In this document: piece after piece, positions 25,915-39,105 of the stretch
Layout of the letters: every line of letters begins with the position of its first letter
Position numbering within the stretch: the first letter of the stretch is position 1
NCBI RefSeq assembly: GCF_036365525.1
Contig: NC_090417.1
Location: 7,581,850 to 7,645,849 of the forward strand
Direction of reading: 5' to 3'
DNA length: 64,000 nucleotides
Origin: Heterodontus francisci
Lineage: Eukaryota
Made by a program: the position numbers and the translations under genes
Notes under the pieces: generated by a model
Seen by the model: the letters and a program-made list of their open reading frames with translations, nothing else
Database searches by the model: none
Told to the model about the DNA's origin: nothing

Positions 25915-26195
25915 GTAAAGACTTTCATTTATATCATGCCTTTCACAATCTCCAGGCATCCCACAATGCTTTACAGCTAATGCAGGACTTCAGTGTAGTG
26001 ACTGTTGGAAAGCAGGAAACACAGAAGGTAAATTGTGCACAGCAAGCTCCCACAGACAGCAATGTGATAATGATCAGAATAAATCTTGTCCAGGGTACTG
26101 AAGCTAACTTCCCCCAATCAGCTTTGATGAGTGCCAGGGAATCTTTTACATGAGAGGGCAGGTAAAGCCCTTTTAATGTCTCATCTGAAAGTTAC
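25915..26195 (-). mobile_element. Deu-SINE fragment
   Basis: 'aaattgtgcacagcaagctcccacagacagcaatgtgataatga'. Confidence 0.7.
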
Positions 26196-27401
26196 CAGTG
26201 CTCACATTGGCCTCCCAATGGAGCTTCGAAATTTAAGGGCGTGCAAGCTGTTGGCTTGTGGTTCCTAAGCACTTGTCGAAGCAAGCAACAGAGTTGGAAA
26301 CGGACTGGGATATTAAGAATTCATTCTGGCCGCTGCATTTCTCAGAGGGGCAGATGAATGACTTGCGTGGCCGAAGCAGAGTATGGATAGCCCTGATAAC
26401 ACCTGCTCCTGGCCCTTCCGCGGAATTGCCTGTTCGCGTGCCAGTCACGTGCCTGTGAGACTCCTCAGATATGGACCAGTGTTTGGCAGGAAGGAGCAGA
26501 GAGCTGGAAAGCTTTTATCGACGTGTCTCCTCAAGTGAATCCCTCGGTTCTTTATGCCTTTTGGGCATAGTTCAATGTGATCTAAAAATGTGTGGAGATC
26601 TTAACTCGTGTGAAATCACGACCCATCGAGCTGTGGAGAGACTGCTGAGGCTCCCAGAGCTCTCTTTTAACGATTTAAATCTTAACAGTCTGAGTATGGC
26701 AGATGAAGACATGAGCAGTGCTTCTTTCTGAGTACAAAACCAACTTGGGATATAGTGGGAGCAGAGGGTAGTGCATTGACCTTGGACACAGTCCTTTGAT
26801 GAATGGGAGTCCTTGCCTATACTACGATTCTCTTTGCTCCTGTCCTTGCCATTTGAAGGGTCCAGACCCCATCCCTTGTGTCAGAATTCTCAGTGACGTC
26901 CTAACCCTTAGGCTACCAGCACTTTTTCCCCCCAAAAAATGGTTTCTTGCCATGTGTGACCTGAATTTACAAAGAGCTGTCTCCCTATGCCATCCTTCCT
27001 TTGGTTGTACTTTGTTTTCAGAGTGGGTATTCTGGCACATTTCTTTAAAAAAAAACGAAAAAAATGTGTCAATTTCCCATTCAGAATTCTTCAAGGTATA
27101 AAAATATCTTTCTCTGTTTTGTGTTTTGCAGTTTTTTTTCTATCATTTGTAAGCATAGATATCATTTCAAACAGTGAAGGTTAGTGGAGCAGGAAACTTA
27201 TGTTTGTCACTCCTGCAGCAGCGGTTGCAGTTTGAGTGAGTGAGCATCTCTTTGACCTGATCACCTGTTGCATGATGCCCAGGCTGCTAAGTTCTTTGTG
27301 AGCTTGGATCACTTCCTTGCTGGTTTGTGCTATTTGCATTTCATGGGACTGCAGGCTTGGAAAGGAACAAAGAACTTTGTATTTATCTAGCGCGCGTCAC
27401 A

Positions 27402-28117
27402 AAGAACAAAGAACAGTACAGCACAGGAACATGCCATTCAGCCCTCCAAGCCTGCGCCGATCTTGATGCCTGCCTAAACTAACACCTTCTGCACTTCCGG
27501 GGCCCATATCCCTCTATTCCCTTCCCTTTCAGGTATTTGTCAAGATGTCTCTTAAACGTCGCTATCGTACCTGCTTCCACCACCTCCCCTGCAGCAAGTT
27601 CCAGGCACTCACCACCCTCTGTGTAAAGAACTTGCCTCGCACATCCTCTCTAAACTTTGCCCCTCGCACCTTAAACCTATGTCCCCTAGTAACTGACTCT
27701 TCCACCCTGGGAAAAAGCTTCTGACTATCCACTCTGTCCATGCCACTCATAACTTTGTAAACCTCTATCATGTCGCCCCTCCACCTCCGCCGTTCCAGTG
27801 AAAACAATCCGGGTTTTTCCAACCTCTCCTCAAAGCTAATGCCCTCCAGACCAGGCAACATCCTGGTAAACCTCTTCTGTACCCTCTCCAAAGCCTCCAC
27901 GTCCTTCTGGTAGTGTGGCGACCAGAATTGCGTGCAATATTCGAAGTGTGGCCTAACGAAAGTTCTGTACAGCTGCAGCATGACTTGCCAATTTTTATAC
28001 TCTATGCCCCGACCGATGAAGGCAAGCATGCCGTATGCCTTCTTGACTACCTTATCCACCTGCGTTGCCACTTTCAGTGACCTGTGGACCTGTTCGCCCA
28101 GATCTCTCTGCCTGTCA
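27402..28117 (-). mobile_element. Young 5'-truncated CR1
   Basis: ORF 27562-28188 (QRDLG...RPHFEYCTQFWSP...LERVQKRFTRML) and a (ttctttg)n-type tail. gtcaca is duplicated at 27396-27401 and 28114-28119; the element interrupts a Deu-SINE tail. Confidence 0.93.
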
Positions 28118-28341
28118 CATCTCTGACTCGTCCCAAAGTGGTGATGGATTTCCCTCTGTGATGTTGCCTCATTGGCCGATGCACTCAAAATCAGGACTCT
28201 TTGCGTCTGCAGATTTAGTTAGATGCAGGATCATGGGACCTCATTCATATCAGCTTAATATACAGTCCGTGAGGAGCTCACAGAGACAACCAGCCTGGAC
28301 TCTCCTGAGATACATGAAGATGGATCCCCCCAGGATCCTGC

Positions 28342-30924
28342 CTCAGTGAGTGGCTGGACACGAGATAGCACCGGTAATAAATCACCGGCCGAGTTCCATA
28401 TCTCAGTGAGTGGCTGGACACGAGATAGCACCGGTAATAAATTACCGGCCGAGTTCCATATCTCAGTGAGTGGCTGGATACAAGATAGCACCGGTAATAA
28501 ATTACCGGCCGAGTTCCGTATCTCAGTGAGTGGCTGGATACGAGATAGCACCGGTAATAAATTACCGGCCGAGTTCCATATCTCAGTGAGTGGCTGGACA
28601 CGAGATAGCACCGGTAATAAATTACCGGCCGAGTTCCATATCTCAGTGAGTGGCTGGACACGAGATAGCACCGGTAATAAATCACCGGCCGAGTTCCATA
28701 TCTCAGTGAGTGGCTGGACACGAGATAGCACCGGTAATAAATCACCGGCCGAGTGCCATATCTCAGTGAGTGGCTGGACACGAGATAGCACCGGTAATAA
28801 ATCACCGGCCGAGTTCCGTATCTCAGTGAGTGGCTGGACACGAGATAGCACCGGTAATAAATCACCGGCCGAGTTCCGTATCTCAGTGAGTGGCTGGACA
28901 CGAGATAGCACCGGTAATAAATTACCGGCCGAGTTCCATATCTCAGTGAGTGGCTGGACACGAGATAGCACCGGTAATAAATTACCGGCCGAGTTCCATA
29001 TCTCAGTGAGTGGCTGGACACGAGATAGCACCGGTAATAAATCACCGGCCGAGTTCCGTATCTCAGTGAGTGGCTGGACACGAGATAGCACCGGTAATAA
29101 ATCACCGGCCGAGTTCCATATCTCAGTGAGTGGCTGGACACGAGATAGCACCGGTAATAAATTACCGGCCGAGTTCCATATCTCAGTGAGTGGCTGGACA
29201 CGAGATAGCACCGGTAATAAATCACCGGCCGAGTTCCGTATCTCAGTGAGTGGCTGGACACGAGATAGCACCGGTAATAAATCACCGGCCGAGTTCCATA
29301 TCTCAGTGAGTGGCTGGACACGAGATAGCACCGGTAATAAATTACCGGCCGAGTTCCATATCTCAGTGAGTGGCTGGACACGAGATAGCACCGGTAATAA
29401 ATTACCGGCCGAGTTCCATATCTCAGTGAGTGGCTGGACACGAGATAGCACCGGTAATAAATTACCGGCCGAGTTCCATATCTCAGTGAGTGGCTGGACA
29501 CGAGATAGCACCGGTAATAAATTACCGGCCGAGTTCCATATCTCAGTGAGTGGCTGGACACGAGATAGCACCGGTAATAAATTACCGGCCGAGTTCCATA
29601 TCTCAGTGAGTGGCTGGACACGAGATAGCACCGGTAATAAATCACCGGCCGAGTTCCATATCTCAGTGAGTGGCTGGACACGAGATAGCACCGGTAATAA
29701 ATCACCGGCCGAGTTCCGTATCTCAGTGAGTGGCTGGACACGAGATAGCACCGGTAATAAATCACCGGCCGAGTTCCGTATCTCAGTGAGTGGCTGGACA
29801 CGAGATAGCACCGGTAATAAATTACCGGCCGAGTTCCATATCTCAGTGAGTGGCTGGACACGAGATAGCACCGGTAATAAATCACCGGCCGAGTTCCGTA
29901 TCTCAGTGAGTGGCTGGACACGAGATAGCACCGGTAATAAATCACCGGCCGAGTTCCGTATCTCAGTGAGTGGCTGGACACGAGATAGCACCGGTAATAA
30001 ATCACCGGCCGAGTTCCGTATCTCAGTGAGTGGCTGGACACGAGATAGCACCGGTAATAAATCACCGGCCGAGTTCCGTATCTCAGTGAGTGGCTGGACA
30101 CGAGATAGCACCGGTAATAAATTACCGGCCGAGTTCCGTATCTCAGTGAGTGGCTGGACACGAGATAGCACCGGTAATAAATCACCGGCCGAGTTCCGTA
30201 TCTCAGTGAGTGGCTGGACACGAGATAGCACCGGTAATAAATCACCGGCCGAGTTCCGTATCTCAGTGAGTGGCTGGACACGAGATAGCACCGGTAATAA
30301 ATCACCGGCCGAGTTCCGTATCTCAGTGAGTGGCTGGACACGAGATAGCACCGGTAATAAATCACCGGCCGAGTTCCGTATCTCAGTGAGTGGCTGGACA
30401 CGAGATAGCACCGGTAATAAATCACCGGCCGAGTTCCGTATCTCAGTGAGTGGCTGGACACGAGATAGCACCGGTAATAAATCACCGGCCGAGTTCCGTA
30501 TCTCAGTGAGTGGCTGGACACGAGATAGCACCGGTAATAAATCACCGGCCGAGTTCCGTATCTCAGTGAGTGGCTGGACACGAGATAGCACCGGTAATAA
30601 ATCACCGGCCGAGTTCCATATCTCAGTGAGTGGCTGGACACGAGATAGCACCGGTAATAAATCACCGGCCGAGTTCCATATCTCAGTGAGTGGCTGGACA
30701 CGAGATAGCACCGGTAATAAATCACCGGCCGAGTTCCATATCTCAGTGAGTGGCTGGACACGAGATAGCACCGGTAATAAATCACCGGCCGAGTTCCATA
30801 TCTCAGTGAGTGGCTGGACACGAGATAGCACCGGTAATAAATCACCGGCCGAGTTCCATATCTCAGTGAGTGGCTGGACACGAGATAGCACCGGTAATTT
30901 ATTACCGGCCGAGTTCCATATCTC
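28342..30924. repeat. 60-bp minisatellite, 43 near-identical copies
   Basis: Unit ctcagtgagtggctggacacgagatagcaccggtaataaat(c/t)accggccgagttcc(a/g)tat, in exact register with the 60-nt lines. Confidence 0.99.
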
Positions 30925-31789
30925 CGCCACATACAGGAGCTGCCAGGCATTCAGTGCTAAAATCATCAAGCTGCGCACTTGCTCCTAATGGCCTTTTATT
31001 TACTGGGCATTTCAGGCTTGCTAACCGCAAATAACTGTCTCAAAAAATGGCCGAGAGTATTTGGATGGGGAAGAAACTCAGGGCTCATTCATCTTTCCCC
31101 CCCACCACCTCCCCCTTGATCCCATCAGAGAATCCAGCTGGTTTAAATATTGCCAGGTTTGAGCTTTGCTGTCTTCCCTGAATCTCCATTCCACATGTTG
31201 ACTCTGTCAGCTAGCAGGAAGAAGTGATCGTTTGTTGGGGGAGAATATGAGAAGTTGAAGTTTCAGTTTTTTAATATATTTTGAAGGTTTAGTGCAGATG
31301 TCAGTTTTGTGACTGCCTGGACTGTTCCTGCCGACTCTGCCAACCTGGCAACACGGTTCCTTTTTCAAATGAAACAGCTAGTGTTGGCATCAGAGACCTC
31401 AGCTGGTGCATCTCCTTCATTTTCCACAGGAAGTGTTTCGAGGAAATTCTCTGCTCGAGTCGGATTTGAATAACTGCAGCTTTGCTGAGCTGTGGATCCG
31501 AGCTGCACGTAATGCCTGAAAATGCTGATGATTTGTCTCAGAATCCTCAGCGTATTCTGAGCTGATGGTGTAATCAAGGCAACAAAAGGATCAGGTCTCT
31601 TTGTTTTGTTGTTTGGAAATTTGAAGTTCTCAACAATTTTCTCCCCCCTCGCGCGCTCAAAGTTGTTCATTCCTTTCTGGAGCCTGGATACCTCCTTGAC
31701 ATCTCACGCTGTGACCTATTCATGTGCACGTGCTGGCAGGAAATGTTTAAATGTATTTTCAACCCTGTCGTGTGGAGGAAGAAAAGAAA

Positions 31790-32137
31790 AAAAAGAACTT
31801 TCATTTCTATAGCACCTTTCACAACCTCGGGATGTTCCAAAGTGCTTTATAGCCAATGCAGTACTTTTGAAGTGTAGTCACCATTGTAATGTAGGAAAAA
31901 GAGTGCACAGCAAGAGACCACAAGCAGTACAAACTGTGGTAAATGACCAGATAACCTGTTTTTTAGTGATGCTAATTGAGGGATCAATGTTGGCCAGGGG
32001 ATCCAGGAGGACTCCACTGCTGCTGGATGAAATACTGGCACTTTTACATGCACCCGAGAGAGCAGACGGGGTCTCAGTTTAATGTCTCGCTTGAAGAGTG
32101 GCACCTCCATCAGTGCAGGACTCCCTCAGTACTGCCA
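31790..32137 (-). mobile_element. Deu-SINE (SacSINE1/AmnSINE1-like)
   Basis: 'gaactttcatttctatagcacctttcacaacctcgggatgttccaaagtgc...gtacttttgaagtgtagtcaccattgtaatgtagg'. Confidence 0.75.
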
Positions 32138-33024
32138 GGACAGTCAAACCCCACCCTGTCCTTGCCAGATCTCCAGCACGTCTTGACATCGAGGCAGGGT
32201 AGCTAGATAACAATCGGGGCTAAGAGCCCTAGCCCTCAACTTGGACACTCCTTTTGGTTTCATTGCTGTCTTGTACCTGCTGGGTGTTTGTTCCTACTTG
32301 TATAGTATCTTGCTAGTAAAGCATGGGTTTGGGTTTATGCAGTGTACAGTCAAGCTTCTGAGGGTAGAAAATGAAATTTGTTCCTAATAAATAAGGTGCA
32401 GGTGGCAGATTAGTCAAGATAAGTGATGTGGAAATTGAACCTTTGTGATGGCAGATGGCCAGTAATTGTGTGAAAGCTTTTGGTGCACGGAGGTGTGGCA
32501 TGTGTGTGTACATTTCTTGAAAGTATAATAATGCTTCAAATATACATTGTGACCCTCACTTGTAGAGACTTGGACACAGGAGAGAATATGAAGCGGTAGC
32601 TAATTTATTTCCCAGCAAGTTGTACGAGGGAGTATGCAGCCAGGACGGGAGTTTGTTTGGATTATTTTTCTGGTGCCCTATGTGCATGTGTCACAGTGTT
32701 TAAATCTGAGTCAAACCAGGCAACCATTCACTCACTCCACCATCGAAGCCAATTGGGAGGGAAGCTGTGCACATTAAGGTAGAATGGAGCAGTTGCTTAA
32801 TGCGATTGTGACACCTGATAATTGCTTTAAAGGCTCATATTAACCTTCCTGCAAGGCAGAAGATCATTCTGTCCTCCTGGTTAAATGTCCTAATTGCTTT
32901 GATATGTGTGACTCATCCAGCAGATGATGTGTTGGAAATGAGTGTGTTCCATCTTATCCATCAGGAATCCTAGCCTAGTCACTATAATGTTCCAGTCATC
33001 AGGATATGGGCTGACATAGCTCTA

Positions 33025-33690
33025 CGTCATGACATCCAGCAAGTCCCAAGTTCAGATTCTGGTCACTGCTGTTAGCTGTTCTCAGGTGAGGCAACAGTTT
33101 CAGTACAACATAGGAAGAGGAGGAGGCGGTTCATCCTCTCGAGCCTATCCCACCCTTCCGTTGAATCATGACTGATCTGTATCTTAACTCCATCCACACG
33201 CCTCGGCTCCATACCTTTTATACCCTTGGTTGAGTGAGCATCTTTTGCTTTTTACGGGACGGAGTTCCACACTTGTACCACCCTTTGCCTGAAGAAGTGT
33301 TTCCGAACCTTTCCTGAACGGCTGGGCTCTGATTTTAAGATTCTGTCCCCTCGTCCTCGACTCCCACACCAGTAGAAAAAGTTTCTTTCTACCTTATCAA
33401 TTCCTTTCAAAATCCTCAAAAAAAAAACCTCGATCAAACCACACCTTAACCATCCATATGCCACGGAATACAGCAATTGGCCTGAGCGAGGGAGGCTTAA
33501 AAGCAGCCCAGATTTCAATTCCTGATCACTGTCCAGTGATTTCCATTGCAAATAATGTGTATGCAGATTGGGCTCAACAGTGATGCCCTTGTGCCATACA
33601 TAACCCACCAACAAAGACTACACACTTGGGCTCTGTACGAGACAACTGTTTGGTCTGTGGAGCCAGCTCCAACAAAAGGTGGTTCTTTCA
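33025..33690 (+). mobile_element. Old tRNA-SINE (AmnSINE2-like), interrupted by an antisense CR1 3' end at ~33108-33470
   Basis: 'gtcccaagttcagattctggtcactgctgttagctgttctcagg' ... 'caattggcctga...tcctgatcactgtccagtga'. Related copy at 54612-54925. Family name is from recall. Confidence 0.55.
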
Positions 33691-34264
33691 CAAGACATGG
33701 TGAGAGAAATGGAAAGGTCTCGTCTGAAAATGTGATAGGAACTTGCACTTTCTTGCATGTTAATATTTTAACGAGGATGCTGGAAATTCAGATTCTTGAC
33801 ACTGAAATCCCAGCAAGCTGCTTCAGAATCAGTCGGCATTGCACTGAAATGGAAATGTTGGGCTTTTTCTCAAATGGCTTCACTTTTCTTTGATTGCTTG
33901 TCCTGGTTGTCAGATTTGGGCACTATTTATTCTTTGAATGCTGTTGAATCAGCATGATTGTCCATCCATTCCATACTTGCCCTGTCAACTGGTTTGACTT
34001 TTTGATGGGTTTGGTGTGAATCAGCTGGCTGGAGTGCTGGCACGTAGATTTGTTTCTGATGGCAGTCAAATCATGGGTTTATTGGATCGGCCTATGCTGT
34101 TTGAAGGCTGCGTGTGATACCATGCAGGAGATTATTGGAGAAGATCAAAAGGAATGGAATGAGGGAGAGGACAGCAAAGTGGATGAGCCACTGGTTAGAA
34201 AGGAGGAAATGAGGAGACATTGGGGGTGAAATTATGTTCCTTTCTTTGCTCCTTTCTCTTTTTA

Positions 34265-34805
34265 TAGTTACATAGAACTCTGGTTAGACCCGTTTAGAGT
34301 TCTGCATTTAATTCTGGGCACCGTGCTTTAGGAAGGAGATATTGGCTTTGGAGGGGATGCAGCACAGATTTACCAGGATGATTCCTGGTCTAAAAGGGTT
34401 AAATGAGGAGGACATATTCCCTGGAGTATCGGAGATGAACAGTTCATGTAACAAAGGTTTCAAATTATTTAGTTTTTTTCTCCATCTACCCCATTTCATC
34501 TGCTGGGACATTCCAGAGCGAGGGAGCAAAACCTTAAAATGGGAGCCAGGCTATTTCAGGAGTGATGACAAAAAGCAGTTCTTCACACAAAGGGTAGTGG
34601 AAATCTGCTGTAAAGCTGTTCAGGCTGGGGGCAACTGGAAATTTCAAATGCAGATTGGTAATATTGTTGTTTGGTAAGATATTAAGGATATTGGAAGGAA
34701 GGCAGATCGGTACAGTTGAGATATAGAGTAGCCATAACCTAACTGAATGATGGAATAGGTTTGAGGGGCTGAACGTGGCCTCTCCTTGTTGCTGTTGTCC
34801 TATGG
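34265..34805 (+). mobile_element. Old CR1 3' fragment
   Basis: ALEGMQHRFTRMIPGLKGL...FFTQRVVEI in ORF 34342-34677. Confidence 0.82.
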
Positions 34806-35739
34806 TGTAGATTTAAAAACTGGTCACGGAGCTGCAGGAAACTTTGACCTGTGTGATTCTGCAAGGAGGGAGGCGGAACTCGAGATACTGGACAAGAGGG
34901 AGATGTTTCGGCTCGTTAGGGAAAGGTCATTTTTTTGTGGTTGGCGGGGTCAGTAATTATCAGTAAGATTGACAGAGCAAGTTCTTGGGAGCATGGAAGG
35001 TTTTGTTGAAACAGAGACCACCTCATTCCATGAAAAGAGAAAAATTATTGGTGGAATTAGAAGGGCAAAGGGGGTTGGATTATTTTTATATTGTGGTGTG
35101 AATGAATGAATGAAGGAAATAATGTCCTGTACTCCAACTATATAGCTCCATGGGAGCTGAGCGCGACAATTTGTAAATGGTAGCATTCGATCTTTCGAAG
35201 CTTCCCAGGGCCCGACACAGAGTCTCAATGTTGCCTGAGGCCTTTTTCACTCTCGGAATGGCAGGAATGTTTCAATACCCTTGGCATGTTATAGCAGCTG
35301 GCTTTATCTTAAAACAACTTCTTGGTTTGATTTTTACTGCTTTTTTAAAGAAAGGACAAATATAGCAGTGTCCAGATGTGGCATTAAGTTGGTTCTCATC
35401 AGACAGCTGGCTTTTAGCATGGTAGCTTTGTACAGAGAGCAGGTTGACGATATTTAGCTCTTTATTTTGATTTGTACTCGATACCTGCCATTAGTTGCTA
35501 TCTTGAGGAGGAAATAAAATGTGAGATTGGTCTTCACATCAGGCCTTAAATTACTGTTCCGGATTTTGTGGTAACAATAACCGTGTGGCTTTTAGCTCAG
35601 GAGTAAATGGAACAGCAACTTCCAGTGCAATTAAATGTGGAAATCAGCATGTTACTGTCTGAATTATCCGACTCCTTCTGAAGCTACGCTATAATAGCAT
35701 CTCACTGCGAAGGGAGTGAAGTTCTGGTACTTAGCCACT

Positions 35740-36240
35740 AAATTCACCAGAAAAAGTTAAGGCTTGTTCATTTCATTCCAGTGTAATTAAATGTTTGTTG
35801 GTCTAGTGAGTCTTAATTACTGCTCAACAACCACTCTGGCCCTGAAAATTAACTTTTCACTAGTTGTCTCATTCCTTCCGATGTAAATTATTATTGGAGA
35901 TTTTTTTAAATGATTTAATTTTTGTCTTCTGTTTCTTTTTCTCTCTCAATTCTATCTTTATTGTGCTTTCTTAACCTAATTTAGCATGAATTAAATATTC
36001 TAACTTCCACATTCCTCATTCAGATTCTGCATGCCTTACTCATGATTCTTCAATCTGACGGGTTAAGGAGACACACAGTTGCATGCCCTGTTTGCACAGG
36101 TCCCAGATGCTCTGTAGAGGGTGCTGTGCTGTTTTGGATTCCTTACCACTGCAAGTTCCAGTGCAAAGGCCCACAGAAAGTCCGTGGGCAAGTGTCAGTG
36201 TAATGAATGGCTGGCATCGTTTATTCACCGCTGTCTGCAA
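35740..36240 (+). repeat. Unclassified interspersed repeat (related to 21300-21630)
   Basis: See the 21300-21630 entry. Confidence 0.45.
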
Positions 36241-38719
36241 GCACTGATCTGATTATAAATCATGCATATATCACAAAGACATCTTTAGGCTTCAACCAGG
36301 TAATGCAAAATAACAGTCTTTGAGACAAGGTTTGTTAGAAAAATGACTTGCAGCCTTCCAGGAGTAACAGAAAGGCCTTGTTTTGAATAACCATTCTGAA
36401 CAAGTGACTGGATCTAGTATTTGCCAAGAGCTGAAATGCAGGGACATGTCTGTGGCTGCTCGTAGCCTTTCTATGGTGGAGTATCTGTTGACAGGCTGGA
36501 AAGGCTGTAGGTGAAGCTACTTTTTGTGTCGAGACTGGAAGTTAAGCCCCTGGTGTCTGTAAGTGGCCAAGTGCTGTCCTGTGCAGGCCTCCTGACTGCC
36601 TACTACTTGACTTCCATGCTGGCTTGTCCCTGACTGCCAATGGAGTTGAAATGAGCAGAGAATAATGTCACACATAAGTAGCCCTCATACTGGTCTCTGA
36701 CTGTTGACACAGGCAACTGTACCAAAAAAAACTCCTCATCCAACTTATTTTGAGCTCAACATGTTTTTCTTTAATTCAGTCCTTAGGACAGTTTGGTTCG
36801 ATAGCCTCATCCTGTTTGTTTTTGTTCACTTGTGGGCCTTTTCGTAACATCCCACCTCAAGCTGTTTTTTTTTACAGGGATGGGGTTTGTACTGAGAAGA
36901 AAACATTTTGATAGAAAAGGAAACCTCCCACAGTTTCTTTTCTGAGTGCTAGATTCTAAATCTGCCCAGGTTGTCCTTCTGGTGAATGGTTGGCCTTGTT
37001 ACCTTTGCATCTCCTCGCTTCTCACGTCCTGGAGTCTGCCCGTGCTTGCAAGGCTCGCACTGCCGAGTTAGTTGGTAGCCTGTTTACAGGAGCAAGTTAC
37101 ATTAATAATCCCTGTGGGTGTGACGATAGGATTTCTCCACCTCCAATCTAGTGCAGTGCCAAGCTTCCTGACAAGGGGTTTGGATATTTCTGTTGGGAGG
37201 TTTCTTTGGAAGGTGATTTACAGTCGCATGACGGAAATTTATGTGACTGGTTCAAAGACAAATTTCGGAAGAGCATGAAGAGGCCCTTTGGGAGGGGTTG
37301 GAGGAGAGATGGAACTCCTGGCAAAGGAAACCCAATTTGCTAAAATTGCCATTAATTTCTGGATGCTGAGGGGAAGGTGGTGGTGGTGGTGGTGGTGGTG
37401 GTTCAAGGATGGAAAGTGGTGTCACAAAGCCACGGCCTTGGGAAAATGAGATGTTACGCTGAGCCAAAACGCGAGCGTGGGTCTTTGGATCAGCCTTCCA
37501 CATCTTCGGGATAGCACGAGTTGAGAGGGGATGTGTTTTGACTGAATCAGCAATGGTTTTCTGACGGAACTGTGCATGTGGCCCAGTGAATCCTCCTGTC
37601 CCGCAATATGGAACCAAAACAATGGGTGGAGAGCAACAGAGAGAAAAATGAAGTCAGACTTGTTTGGTGTTTAGAGTTTGAAAATGTCACTTTTCCAGCA
37701 AAACAAACTGCTCATGACTTCACGTTGTGCGCACATCAAAGATCATGCTTAAAACGCTGGGAGTTTAACGACAAAGAACTATTCCAGATGCAGAAGGCTA
37801 TATTTTCTCATTTTTACAGCTTCCAAGCTACTTATTAGTTTAGACAGGCTCCTTGCACACACCAGACAGCTGGCAGGGCTAGTCCTGCACAAATAAATGA
37901 CTCCAAACAAGCTGCCTTTTCATGGGAGTTATTTCAGGGAGTATAGCCTAATCTCTTTATTTTTCAAAAAACAGAGGAGCTGCAGTCTGGGATAATCTTT
38001 GGACTGAACCTGAATCTTCCTCATGGATAGACTGTTTTTTCCAGATTGGCAGGGCCTGCCAAGTGAAGCCTTGAATTTGGGCCTTGTATTTTTTGTTTTT
38101 CTTCTTGATTCTCTCATTGTTGGCCATCGCTCAGGGAGGTGATGTCTCCTTTCAGGGATGTGCCTCCCCTAGTGGCCAATCATCATATGTGAACAGAAAC
38201 TTTGAATGCTTATCAGCTATTCTGCAAGCGAAGGCATCGTAGCTGAGCTTGACCCTAGCCTTGCTCCTATGTGCATCCTGGGAATTGGAACCCTGGCTAC
38301 ATTTGCCCAATTGTGGTGCCCCTTTCACCAGCCCTGTCGTAGATCAGTGAACATAGCACAGAAGGGTTATGAGAGCTGGCATCTTCCTATCTGGGGAGGC
38401 AGGTTCACACTTGGGAGCTTTCAAGATTGAGAGGGGGAAAGAGAGTTGTGCGAGGTAAAGGTATCAAGGGATGTGGAGCAAAAGTGGTTAAATGGGGTTG
38501 AGGTGCAGATCAGCCATGATCTAATTGAATGACAGGGCAGGGTCAAGGGGCTGAATGGTCTACTCATGTAAATAATGTTCCCACGGATGGTAGCGGAGAG
38601 CTGCTGTGGAATTATACCAGGAAGCGTGAAGAGAGAAGACAATTCAAAAAGGAAACGAATAATTAAATGGTAATTCCTAATCTGTGTTAAGTGTGAGGAT
38701 ACAATAGCAAAATCACAAG

Positions 38720-39105
38720 CTCTTTTATTCTTTCATGGGATATGGGTGTCACTGCCAAAGCCAGCATTTGTTGCCCATCCATAATTACCCTTGACAAGTG
38801 AGTGGCTTGCTCAGCTATTTCAGAGTCAACCACATTGCTGTGAATCTGGAGTCACACGTCGGCCAGACCAGGTAAGGACAGCAGATTTCCTTCCCTAAAG
38901 GACATTAGTGAACCAGATGGGTTTTTACAACAATCAATGATAGTTTCATAGCACCATGCCTGAGACTAGCTTTCAATTCCAGATTTGATTGATTGAAATT
39001 AAATTCTACCTGCTGCTGTGGGATTTGAACCCTTGTCCTCGGGGCATAAGCCTAGACCTCTGGTTATGAGTTCAGTGATAGTACACTGTACCAGCACCTC
39101 TTCCT
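38720..39105 (-). mobile_element. tRNA-derived SINE (family of 6345-6705)
   Basis: 'gcagatttccttccctaaaggacattagtgaaccagatgggtttttacaac' is the near-exact reverse complement of 6477-6527. Confidence 0.78.

Noticed and set aside
28342-28460. Hammerhead or tRNA/Pol III gene within the 60-bp unit
   Set aside because: No CUGANGA plus GAAA pair on either strand and no convincing A/B boxes.
28342-30924. CRISPR array
   Set aside because: Units are contiguous with no unique spacers, there are no cas genes and the context is eukaryotic.
28255-30988. 907-aa (minus) and 880-aa (plus) ORFs as genes
   Set aside because: They follow automatically from a stop-free 60-bp unit, start at non-ATG codons, and the unit variants are non-synonymous in these frames. 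Only the 890-aa frame is kept, as a hypothesis.
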